Positions 13,669-24,762 of a stretch of 64,000 nucleotides of DNA are shown piece after piece. The stretch is from Owenia fusiformis (Eukaryota): assembly GCA_903813345.2 (NCBI GenBank), contig CAIIXF020000001.1, forward strand, positions 30,442,001-30,506,000, read 5' to 3'. Under the pieces are notes generated by a model. The model was given only the letters and a program-made list of their open reading frames with translations, had not been told where the DNA came from and did no database searches. Each line of letters starts with the position of its first letter. Position 1 is the stretch's first letter. A program made the translations under genes and the position numbers.

Positions 13669-13754
13669 CTGGAGGAAAGAATACATGTAATTCATATGTA
13701 TATTTACAAGACATCACTCTATGGTAAACAAGAAAAGGTTACATTGCTAAGTAA

Positions 13755-14230
13755 GACAACGGCAACTTAAAATCAGCAACGCCACAGAGTAGCCAATCCC
13801 AACTAACAAAACATTCATGAATCTGTAGGCAGGGGAGTCAGAAGGATTTGCCAAGATTGGGCGACTTTCTGGTATGGATGGGGCGACTTTCTGGTATGGA
13901 TGGGTCGTGCGTGAAGTGTGCCACATGCAAAGCGTGTGGCGCAATCTAGGGGGATCGGGCTTAATGTGACTGTCATTCACCATTTATTAAGCAGTAAAAA
14001 ATTGATTTGCTACATTGGTGACAAAATGTTTACAGTTACCGTTGAATGTCGAGACTCGCATCATACAAATGTAATTTTTAGCGATATGTCTGCATGGAAT
14101 GATAATCCTTCCACTAAATATGAAGAAAATATGTCTACTTGTATTCGAGTTATCTTCTGAACAGAGGGATGGACTGACAGATGGAAGACTTCACTATATC
14201 CATACTCAACTTTGCTCATTGGGATAATTA
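13755..14230 (-). mobile_element. Short HINE (family of 7993-8953) with foreign internal sequence
   Basis: Same termini (CGGCAACT..GAGTAGCCAATCCCAACTAAC; TTGGGATAATT) and GACAG/GATG microsatellite; interior holds a 23-bp tandem duplication and a piece of the 25943-30613 TIR. Confidence 0.6.
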
Positions 14231-14883
14231 AAGTAAATGTTTTACACATATATGGTAAACATCTTAAAAAATTGGCAAATTTCTTGCCAGTCTTTTAGCA
14301 GAATCATAAAATGCCACTTGTAAATGTTAAATTGATTCCAAAATGACAATTACAAAAGTATAATATTTACACAATGTGTTCATTAACCCTTCTGTAACTG
14401 GTATAGAATCAAGTACAAAAACCAATCTTCTGTTTGGGTCAAGTAGAACTTTATTACAATCACATAACATTACTATACTAACAATCTACTAAATGTTCTA
14501 CTTGCATGACATATGAGCAAAGCTATTACAAGACTTGAATTTAATGCCATGGTACAGAACTAGAAAACTGCAGTAGTAGCAAATCCAAACGAACATTATA
14601 GCATACTATATATGAATCTGTATTTGTCACAATGTAATATTTACCATCTACTCTTCCCTTGAAAATATAATCAGTAGAATGAGTAGATATTAAAATACAT
14701 ACATTAGAATAGAGATATATCATAATTTCCAACGATATGATCAGTACTGTCAACCCCCAAAGATTTTCTCGCGGGACAGATTTTTTAGACACAGTGCCCA
14801 AAATTCGCGGGATTTTGAGGGACATCTACTAAATTCGCGGGATTTAGCGGGACATTTAAGGGATTTGCGTAATTGCGCTAATA

Positions 14884-15681
14884 CAGTGTGTCCCAAAAAA
14901 AAGGAAACCGGCAATAGATTGCTTATTTCTCAAATATGAATAATAATAGGAAAATTTCACAGCTACCATCTGATAGGTTATGATGTCCTCTTTCTTATGA
15001 TACCAATGTTGTCTATTTTCCTTCACGGATGACTGAGTTATAAGGGATTTAAGTGACTATGTCAGAAATGAGTTTGTACCACTTTCAGCCAAGTCAATTT
15101 CACCATCATAACAAAGTGATAAGTAACAACAAATATCAGGATATCACTCTTTTACTCATTTATTCCAATTAAAATTACACACATCATATTTAACACCCCT
15201 TTTAAATCCCAATGTCCATTCAAAGTTGTTTTGACCCCAGTGTCCTTCAACATGACCCCCATTCCTTTCAATGCAAATGTCTGCCCTTGATCTCATCGCA
15301 CGTACTGCATCCCTGATGATGACACTGGGGTTAAAACAACTTTATATGGACATTGGGATTTAAAAGGGGTGTTAAATATGATATGTGTAATTTTAATTGG
15401 AATAAATGAGTATAAGAGTGATATCCTGATGTTTGTTGTTACTTATCACTTTGTTATGATGGTGAAATTGACTTAGCTGAAAGTGGTACAAACTCATTTC
15501 TGACATGGTCACTTAAATCCCTTATAACCCAGTCATCCGTGAAGGAAAATAGACAACTTTGGTATCATAAGAAAGAGGACATCATAATCTATCAGATGGT
15601 AGCTGTGAAATTTTCCTATTATTATTCATATTTGAGAAATAAGCAATCTATTGCTGGTTTCCTTTTTTTTGGGACACCCTG
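14884..15681. mobile_element. Fold-back Tc1/mariner MITE nested in the hAT-like element
   Basis: TA|CAGTGTGTCCCAAAAAAAAGGAAACC ... GGGACACCCTG|TA, ~360-bp arms, spacer encodes (minus) IIRDAVRAMRSRADICIERNGGHVEG; absent from copy 2. Confidence 0.9.
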
Positions 15682-16199
15682 TAGACCAAATTTTTTTATC
15701 AAATTCGTGGGATTTCGCGGGACCATTCGAGGGACAAACACCCTGTTAACAGGTTTACCACCAAAAACTTCATAGAGGGACAGCTTTTTTAGACAAAGTG
15801 CCCTAAATTTGCGGGATTTCGCGGGACATCCACCTAAATTTGCAGGATGTCCCGGGACATTCAAGGGATTTGCGTGATTGGGACTAATATAAAAGCGTGT
15901 AAGAGTACTTAAATCAAACTTTCAGATACTGATTAATCAAATATAATGCACCATTACATTGTAACTTAAATAAACGTCAACACAATTTCACAAAATACGC
16001 ATAGAAATATTATTAAACTTTATTGTAATATATCAAAAACAAAAACCATGCTTCAGGTGTGAGTACCGTAATCTAACACGAAATTAAAAAATTCGGAACA
16101 ATACCTTGCACTTCTTGCGTCGTGACCAACTATAAAACACTTAGCCCCATAATTTTATATATTAAAATGTACCTAGTCTATTCATATACTGTAGGCATG

Positions 16200-16959
16200 G
16201 TCGAAAAAACCGGGTACCAAAAAAAACGAAATATACGAATATACAACAAAAGATTTGTTTTGAATTTACAAAAATGTATGTAACTTCCTTCACAATTTAA
16301 CTGGAAGCTTCAAATAAAAAGCATTTTAAGGCTCTTTTCTTCCTCTATCATCATGGTCATATTTCCATTGCGATTGCACCCCCTCCTGGCTACGCCAATG
16401 ACATTTTAAGACGATTTGAATAACAAGACATATCAATCTTACTCTATTTTCAATAGTTCGTATGTTGGTACGTAAATTGTTTTGATTATGATTTAAATCT
16501 GTAAATAGCTATCGTTGCTTTAGCAGAGAGGTGACGTGTGTTAATTTACATGATGCAACGTGTAAGATTTTGATTATTAATCATAATTTAAGTTATCCCA
16601 ATTTTCGACAAAATGTCCACTGAATTGTAAATTGTTATGTCTTACAATGTCATAGGCGTAGCCAGGAGAGGGTGCGATCGCACCCCCCCCCCCATAACCA
16701 ATGAAAATATGGCCATGACGATAGAGGAAGAAAAGAATCTTAAATTATGCTTTTTATTTGAAGCTTCTAGCTCAATTTTGAAGGATGTTACATACATTTT
16801 TGTAAATTCAAAACAAATCTTACACGTTTTCTCATAATCTAATTATATATTCGTATTTTTCGTTTTTTGGGTACCCGTTTTTTGAACGGATATCGGGTAC
16901 CAAATTTGAACCCAGCATGGAGGATTTACTACCCGGTACCCGTTTTTTTCTACAAACCC
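16200..16959. mobile_element. Left-truncated copy of the GGGTTTG palindromic passenger element
   Basis: Matches 48130-48935; left terminus lost in a deletion relative to copy 2. Confidence 0.8.
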
Positions 16960-17859
16960 CTTCTAGATATCAGCGTCCATTTATTGTAACTCGCGTTTGC
17001 TAACATTTGCTCAGTTCTGAGATGAAGGGCACGCGGGTAGTAAAAAGGCCAACGTTGGAACTATTTGTGACCTACATCCCTATTTTCGTAATTAAAATGA
17101 AAGTTGAACCCTTCCTCTTTATTTTGATACCAAACAACAGCATGCTAGGTACTTAAAATTAGGTAAACTTTACACATCAAAAGTGCAAAAACTTAGCTTC
17201 TTATATACAATTGTAAGATAAGATAATCACAATATAGGGGATTGCAACAATTTCGAAAATTCGCGGAGGTCAAAGCCACATTTGCGGGACTTCGCGGGAC
17301 ATTGCGGGACACGCGAATTAGCCTAATTTTGATCAAATTCGCGGGATAATCCTGCCATTCGCGGGACACTTGACAGCTCTGTATGATGGTGGTTTATTTC
17401 ATGACTCAGGAACATCAATTGATTTTGATAACCCCAGTTATTTTATGAATAATGTTTTGTCATCCGAGCCAGATGACTGAAACTTGAAACACAGAAGCAA
17501 GAAAGGAAATCTACGTTCTCTACGTTTTTCTTGCTAAAAAGCAAGGAAATACACACATGCCTTCATACTTTATTATGCAGAAAATTACATGGGCAGGTAT
17601 GAAATTTTTCTAAAATGTTTTCTTGAACCATCACCTTACCTTCACCATTAACAGATTGTGCTACACTTAATTGCCAATTGAGTGCCATAATGATTTAGAG
17701 TATACTTTTGCCAAATACCATGATAATCAAGTGTCATAAACAATAATGATAATTGCTGTGAAAGGTGGGTTGGCATAAATTCAAGATTCAATTATCATGT
17801 TAAGTCTTTGCCATGAAGAAAGCAGCTAACTAAATTGACATTCTCTGCCATGGGAATAC

Positions 17860-18895
17860 TTGAAACAAAATTTTGGGGGAAAAGTGGCAGCCATTTTGAA
17901 ATTCAGACGCCATCTTGAAAATTGATTTTCAAACAGAGCAACAGTGTCCTTTGGCTTCAGCATATAAAATTTGAACTAAATCCATTCACTGGTTCTTGAG
18001 TTATCAAAAATTTTCATTTTTCATTTTTTCATTTCATTTTCATTTGAGTTACATATCTCACACAGACACACGTATAATAATGACATTTTTAAGGAATAAA
18101 TGACAGCCATTTTGAAATTCAGCAGCCATCTTGAAAATGTTTTCTCGAGCAGAGCAATTGTGTCCCGAGGAATCAGCATATAAAATTTGGATGAAATCCA
18201 TTAACTGGTATTTGAGTTATCAAAAATTATGTTTTCATCCAAAAATGACGGCCATTTTGAAAGTCAGCAGCCATCTCGAAAATCTCTTTTTGAATAAAAG
18301 CTCCTTTGTTCTTAGGCATCAGCATATAAAATTGGAACCAAATACATCCACTCTAGTAATTGAGTTATCATAGATTACATTTTTTACGTAAAATGGAGGC
18401 CATTTTGAATTAAGAGGCCTTATTGAAAATTCCTTCTTGGTCCGATACCCATAAGGCATAAGTTTATAAAATTTGAATCAAATCTGTTGATCGGTATTTG
18501 AGTTCAATTCAATTTTTTTTTTTTCAATTTCAAAATAATTTATTTCAGTTTTCATTACAAAATTTACAACATTATACAGGCTATGACACCCCAGGGTAAA
18601 CTGTGAACATTTAAAGTGGTACATAGGTCAATACAATAATATAATATAATATGAATACAATATACAAATACAATAATATGAGACAATAAAGAAATAAAAT
18701 AAATGTTTTGGTTATTCTGTACTCAGGAGGTCAATTTTCAAACGAGATATGAGTGAATTTAATGGTTTATTTCTAATATCTTCATTGAGGGAATTCCATA
18801 TATATTTATTGCCTGGACAGACAGACAAATGGACAGATGAACGGACGGATGGCTTTCCTATATCCCCCTCAAACTTCATTCAGTGGGATAATAAT
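17860..18895 (-). mobile_element. Decayed HINE with GCCATTTTG/GCCATCTTG core repeats
   Basis: Degenerate tandem core units, GACAG/GACG microsatellite and GTGGGATAATAA terminus as in 7993-8953. Confidence 0.65.
18505..18805 (-). mobile_element. 3' fragment of L2/CR1-type LINE nested in HINE
   Basis: Minus strand IWNSLNEDIRNKPLNSLISRLKIDLL* followed by UTR and an A/ATTGA-rich tail. Confidence 0.6.
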
Positions 18896-19199
18896 AACCA
18901 TATTGGGTAAATTGCAATGAACAATGTGTCTTACTTCCAAATATATTCCTGTATCATTTTCCAAATGGCTACCACTTTAGCATTACACCATTGAACTGGA
19001 GGAGAAATGGCGAAATCTTGAGCTATGAGAAAAAAGGCCAAGAACACATACATTGTCTTGTGTTATATACATATTGTTCCCGATCCCTCCTCAGTTTGAT
19101 CCCCCTCTATTCAGTTTTAACTATTTCAGATTGTTTTTTATATAACATATGGTGACGTATTTTACAAAACTAGCAATGACATTAGTTTTGTGATAATAA

Positions 19200-19880
19200 T
19201 GCAACATACAAGTATATTTTTAACAAGTCGTGAAGAAACTCATTGCTTGATTTATAGCAAAAACATTGACAATTGCACGATAGTGACTCTGCACCTTTTT
19301 TAATTGATTATATCTTACTATTAACAAAGTTGTTGATTTTCTTTCTCAGAGATATTTCTTTTTCTTTTTGACGTTACGTAGGATGTCCATCCTACTTCTT
19401 CAGAAATAAAATTATATTTGAATCAAACTGAAATAATTAATTATTACATAACAATGAGACAAATAGCAACCGTTACTATAGAAAACGTCATTGATGTTAC
19501 AATTAAAAAATTATAGAGAAAATTGCAACCGTTACCATAAAAAACTTCAATGATGTAATAAACAATTAAAAACGTTACTAAGGTATTACACAACATACCA
19601 CCTAGAAACGACACTAAGACATCATGAATATGAATATATAAACTATAACATCTTAAAATAGACGGGATCCAGTGTGTAACCCTGATCCCTGTTTAATTCT
19701 GGACTTTTAAGTTTAATATGGATTGCTTCTTTGATTTTTCTTTTTAACCAGTGTTTTTCATTATCAATAACCGATACACCTGTCCACTTTATTTCATGTT
19801 CTTTATTGATAGAGTGTTCCATAATGGCTGAAGCTATCTGTCCATTGGAAGATAAGGTGACCCTCTTGTGCTCCTTTACT
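19200..19880 (-). mobile_element. Penelope-like element 3' fragment (GIY-YIG endonuclease C-terminus plus pLTR-like tail)
   Basis: KEHKR..SAIMEHSINKEHEIKW..IDNEKHWLKRKIKEAIHIK...LNRDQGYTLDPVY, downstream ~50-bp degenerate repeats and a hammerhead motif; left boundary approximate. Confidence 0.85.
19362..19411 (-). ncRNA. Minimal type I hammerhead ribozyme motif (core substitution, probably inactive)
   Basis: CTGAAGA-A-GTAGGAT(GGAC)ATCCTAC-GTAAC-GTC with T-rich/A-rich stem I; canonical GAAA reads GTAA. Confidence 0.75.
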
Positions 19881-20130
19881 CCACATTCCAAATAAGATTA
19901 TATCTTAGAATCGATCTGTTCAAAAAAATCATAGAAGACCCTTCATATCCCAGTGTTCTGCATCTATTCATTTTCCAATGCAACTGTAAACTTTTTCTTA
20001 AAAAATAAATCTTCCAAGATTTGTTGAATTTTCTATCAAAAATGGGCTGATCCCCCTCCATTTATTTTGTCCAATCACTTGGCATGATTAGACAAATTGC
20101 CCCAAAAAATATCAAAGAAACTAGATTACT

Positions 20131-20631
20131 AAGGGAGAACATCAAAAGATCGATGTCCCTAAATAGCTACAGTGTATATATTATCAGCTAGGGGGAGGGT
20201 GTCTGAAACCCCAAAAGTAAGCTTTCCCTTGGGAACAATCCCTTGGGAACTGCATCAGCCGTTTCTTGTCAAGTGTATATCCCCTAATTCTCTCTACACG
20301 CCTCCATATTGAAAATATTTTAGAAGTTTTTCAAATTCTTAAGTTTTTTTTTGCTATTATGGTACAACCAATGTATAAAACCCCATCTAATGAATATGAA
20401 AGACTTGTCAACAAGATGATAGTTTCGGGATAAGCAAGGTCGATGTTGTTGATAAAGCGAATAATTTGTAGCGTGAACTAAAAAATGATTGGGAAATAAT
20501 AATCACGTTATTATATTTTTTGTTAAAAATAGTGTGTGTCAACATTTTCCATATACAAGTTAAGTTAACAGGTGAGGGGAACTGATAATATATAGCTTTT
20601 GCGCTACATCAATCTTTTGATGTGCTTCCTT
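20131..20631. mobile_element. 501-bp unclassified TIR element with long flanking direct repeat
   Basis: AAGGGAGAACATCAAAAGATCGATGT ... ACATCAATCTTTTGATGTGCTTCCTT; AGAAACTAGATTACT at 20116-20130 and 20632-20646. Confidence 0.8.
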
Positions 20632-21714
20632 AGAAACTAGATTACTTTTAAGTTATATATATCAAATGTATCAACCCTTTACTGACCTCACATGGTAAAA
20701 AGAAAACATTCATGATTTACAGAATATTTGTTTATGTTGTATGACTTGAAGGATATTATATTATATTATTGGTGTTATTAATCCCATATAGGCTCACCAT
20801 ACTGTATGAGCAAAAAACATTAAACAAATGCCAGGGAATTCATTACTACACACTTTCATGAATTTACCATTACCAAATGAATAATTGAAACTATTAATAT
20901 AATGAGAACTAAGTGTCTCTTGAAGACTTTAAAATTCTTAAACATTTAACATATTCAACACACTTAAACTCTCCTGCTAATAAAACCCTTAATTGGATTT
21001 GTACAGGGTGTATATTTAGTCTTGATCAGTCAGGTACAATAAGCAAGGCCAGAATATTTTAGGTTATAGATAGAGTATATTTGAATAAAAGCAGTAGCCA
21101 GAAGCAATTGCAGTAAAAGCTGAAAACCTACAAGTAATTTAGTGATATCCATCAGACTGAAGATCAAGAGTCCTGTCAAATTAAATTACTTTTACTATTT
21201 ACCTCAAATGCATTAGTATAATGTTACTGAGTATCAAAACATTCCACTAAGTATTATACATGTTAGAGCAAATCAGATAAGTATCATCATTCCCAGAATT
21301 CTGATTTACTAATGTAGGTACTGGAATCCATTTAGTTTAACACAATCATTCTATCATTATACAGGCATTAGCAGAGCCAAGTCCCAACTGAACTAGATAT
21401 TTAAGAGTTATTTCAGAGCCTGACAAGTTCTGACACCCTCTCACAGAATGTCAATGTGTGTCATTCCTACCAAATATTGTGTCTAAGGATAAGTTTTGGA
21501 AGGAATTTACAAGAAAATGGCAACTCCAAGGAGTAGCAGATCCCGCAAAAAATATTTCATGAATGTAATGCACTAGCCTATATGTCATAGTATAATACTT
21601 ATGCTGTTAAAACCCTCGATTTGCACATACAATATATGTGCAACAGTGAAATCTCAGAATTACATGTACAAACATCAGAAAAAAGATACAATATTTGTGA
21701 TCTACTTCAACATA

Positions 21715-22690
21715 CAGGGTGGTCAAAAAAAACGGCAACCCTAGTTTTTCCTAATATCTTTGTCATTCTAAGGAATAACTCCCTGATATTTTACACATTT
21801 GTACATCATTCAATTTCCTACCAAATTACCATATTTCATGACCATCGGACTGATAGTCACAATTTTATTTCATTTTAAGCAACATACCCCAGATGGCCAC
21901 TTTCGGGCTGTCTGAGCTGGTCTGTTATCCAAATAAACTCCATTTCCAACTTGATGCACTGGTAAACTCTAACAATTATGTATTCTTGGGAGCCAAGCAC
22001 TTTATGAAGTAGTGGAGAGGCACCTTCACACAGACAGATGCACAGTTTAGTGTGTTCTCAGAAGATAGGGTCCTTTTACCGTTGATGATGCTAACAGATA
22101 TGCAATAACTGTCAACATCAAACTCTATTTTGTGATTCCCATGGAGTTCTTGGGGACTTAAGGTGACCCCAGAGGGGTTGAAAGGCAGCAACAGTGGTTT
22201 CAACAAGACAGAACCATACCCCATACACCAAATGATGCACAATAATGGCTTGGGGACCACTTCAATGACCACATTATCAGCAGTACAACAGATAATGAAT
22301 GGGCACACCTTAGCCCAGATATGGCCCCATTTAATCTTTACCAGTGGGAATACCCCAACGGTAGAGTGTAGGGTAAAAACACCAGAAAGACATTTGACCT
22401 CAATATAAAGATCACATGTGTCATTCAGGCCATACTTGCTGAGGAATGCTGTTATGTCATTGACAGGTTTGGAAAACGCGTGCAGGTTTGCCTACAGCAC
22501 GATATTGGAAAACTGGGGCACCTTGTTCAAAGTGCTGTAACATTGCGACTGTCTGTCCAATGTTCATGAAATAACACAGTCTAGTATGAAATTGAATGAT
22601 GTACATGTGTGCCAAATATCAGGGCAAAATTCCCAAAAATGACAAAGATATGAGGAAAAATTAGGGTTGCCGTTTTTTTTGACCACCCTG
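21715..22690 (+). mobile_element. Internally deleted Tc1/mariner element (DD41D-like) with transposase relic
   Basis: TA|CAGGGTGGTCAAAAAAACGGCAACCCTA TIRs; relic WFQQDRTIPHT...WLGDHFNDHIISS...EWAHLSPDMAP...IDRFGKRVQVCLQ. Confidence 0.88.
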
Positions 22691-22762
22691 TACCTTCCAT
22701 TTCAGTGTAATATAGTACTGCATTAGGCAGCTATTTAGGATTTCCTGAGGCATGAATCCAAA

Positions 22763-23975
22763 AAAGGCATTAACATGACAAAATGTCACCTCCTAGTTGC
22801 TCACAATATCATTAGTTCAATCTTAAGTCAGATTTGAATTTCTGATAACCTGTAGATGATTTTGAAAAGAAAATTGGCCAATTTGAAGCGAGTTGAAAAC
22901 GACCTTTTTTGACCCTGAGAAGACCATTGAAGGTGAAATCTCATATTAACAAAGGCATTAACATGACAAAATGTCACCTCCTAGTTGCTCACGATATTAT
23001 TAGTTCAATCTTAAGTCAGATTTGAATTTCTGATAACCTGTAGATGATTTTGAAAAGAAAATTGGCCAATTTGAAGCGAGTTGAAAAATACCTTTTTTGA
23101 CCCTGAGAAGACCATTGAAGGTGAAATCTCATATTTACAAAGGCATTAACGTGACAAAATGTCACCTCCTAGTTGCTCACAATATCATTAGTTCAATCTT
23201 AAGTCAGATTTGAATTTCTGATAACCTGTAGATGATTTTGAAAAGAAAATTGGCCAATTTGAAGCGAGTTGAAAAAGACCTTTTTTGACCCTGAGAAGAC
23301 CATTGAAGGTGAAATCTCATATTTACAAAGGCATTAACATGACAAAATGTCACCTCCTAGTTCCTCACAATATCATTAGTTCAATCTTAAGTCAGATTTG
23401 AACTTCTGAGAACTTGTAGATGATTTTGGAAAAAATGGTCAATTTGAAGCAAGTTGAAAAAATACCTTTTTAACCTTTTTGACCTTGAGAAGGTCATTGA
23501 AGGTCAAATCTCAAATCTAAAGTCAGATTTGAACTTCTGATAACTTGTATATGATTTTGAGAAAAAAATGGTCAATTTGAAAAAAGACCTTTTTAACCTT
23601 TTTGACCTTGAGAAGGTCATTGAAGGTCAAATCTCAAATCTAAAGTCAGATTTGAACTTCTGATAACTTGATTTTGAAAAAAAATTGGTCAATTTGAAGC
23701 AAGTTGAAAAAAGACCTTTTAGACCTATTTAACCTTTTTTGCCCTTGAAAAGGTCAATGAAGGTCAAATCTTAACTATAAAGTCAGATTTGAACTTCTGA
23801 AAACTTGTAGATGATTTTGAAAAAAAATTGAGGTCAGTCTAAGCAGTATTTGTGAAGTTATTGGAAGTTGTAAGAATTTGTAACAGACGCCAACCGCCAC
23901 CCACCGATCACCAACCACCGCCACAAAAAACAGAGACCATAACAATATGTCACCACTTTCTGGTGACATAAAAAC
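22763..23975 (-). mobile_element. HINE (ATGTCACC subterminal-IR family) with tandem array
   Basis: Four 188-bp units (starts 22763, 22951, 23139, 23327), then ~125-135-bp core units, CCACCG repeats and ATGTCACCACTTTCTGGTGACATAAAAA terminus; inserted in an A-run. Confidence 0.85.
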
Positions 23976-24662
23976 GATACAATATTTGCAATCTACATGT
24001 ACTCTAAAATAATAAAGTCAAAATTCAGAGATCTTAAAATAAAAGGAAATTCCTGTTTTCTCAACCCCAAGACAAGATCCCTGGTGATTGGGCTGAAAAT
24101 TATGGTGTTTAGGCATAAATAAAAATATTACCTCAGACATTTGCAAAAAAATCCAACTGTTTTCAAAAAATATGATTTTGCATTCAACTTTTTACCAATA
24201 TACATGTACATCTTTCTACTAAATATGAAGAAAATCATTCACCAGTTTTTAGGTTATGTTCAGAATGGACAGATGGACAGACTAACAGATGGATTGAGGA
24301 ATGGATAGAGGGCTTCATTGAATTTAGTTCATTGGGATAATTACCTTTGGATTATCTGGGGAAATATCACTTGACAATATATCTTTGAAACCAAAATGGA
24401 GTGATCACTCCATCACCATTTCCTGTTACAGTCCTGTTCCTGTTGCGCCTTTGATGCTTTGAAGACTAATAAATACTTGTAAAATACTCATAAAAAGGGA
24501 GTATTGTAATATAAGGGCCATTAAACTTGAATCATCACTATGGTTATTGTATTTCTATCAAGTTAAGTGCATGGTGCAAGGCTGTTTGAGGGCATGCCTG
24601 CTTTATAGATATTGAAGCAGCATCTAGTAAACAGGTATCTTATTTATTGAAACATATCCTAC

Positions 24663-24762
24663 CACTGTCTTTTCTTCAGCTTGTTGCAGTTTTCCTACAT
24701 CTTTCTCTAGAGCTATAACCTCATGTAGCACTGCATCATTAAAGTTCTCTATTACGCTTTGC
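24663..24762 (-). CDS. SYCP2: SYCP2-like protein, internal exon, (R)QSVIENFNDAVLHEVIALEKDVGKLQQAEEKTV
   Basis: tatttgcag acceptor, GTG|gtagg donor, 100 nt, phase 2/0; F..V..E...LEKD...L...E pattern resembles SYCP2 (recalled); lies inside track ORF 24624..24824. Confidence 0.88.

Larger units (their letters stand above)
14742..17381. mobile_element. Composite hAT-like non-autonomous element, copy 1 (6-bp TSD)
   Basis: CAGTACTGTCAA ... TTGACAGCTCTG, TATGAT on both flanks, many GCGGGA subterminal motifs; near-identical to 47318-49349. Confidence 0.85.
21510..24343 (-). mobile_element. HINE (family of 7993-8953) interrupted by two nested insertions
   Basis: GCAACTCCAAGGAGTAGC hairpin end, TTGGGATAATTA end with microsatellite; segments flanking the insertions rejoin to match 8160-8460. 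Confidence 0.75.

Noticed and set aside
18935..18995. Candidate minus-strand exon between the 24.7-kb and 13.6-kb exons
   Set aside because: The required frame contains a stop, and the flanking exons already join without a gap in the alignment
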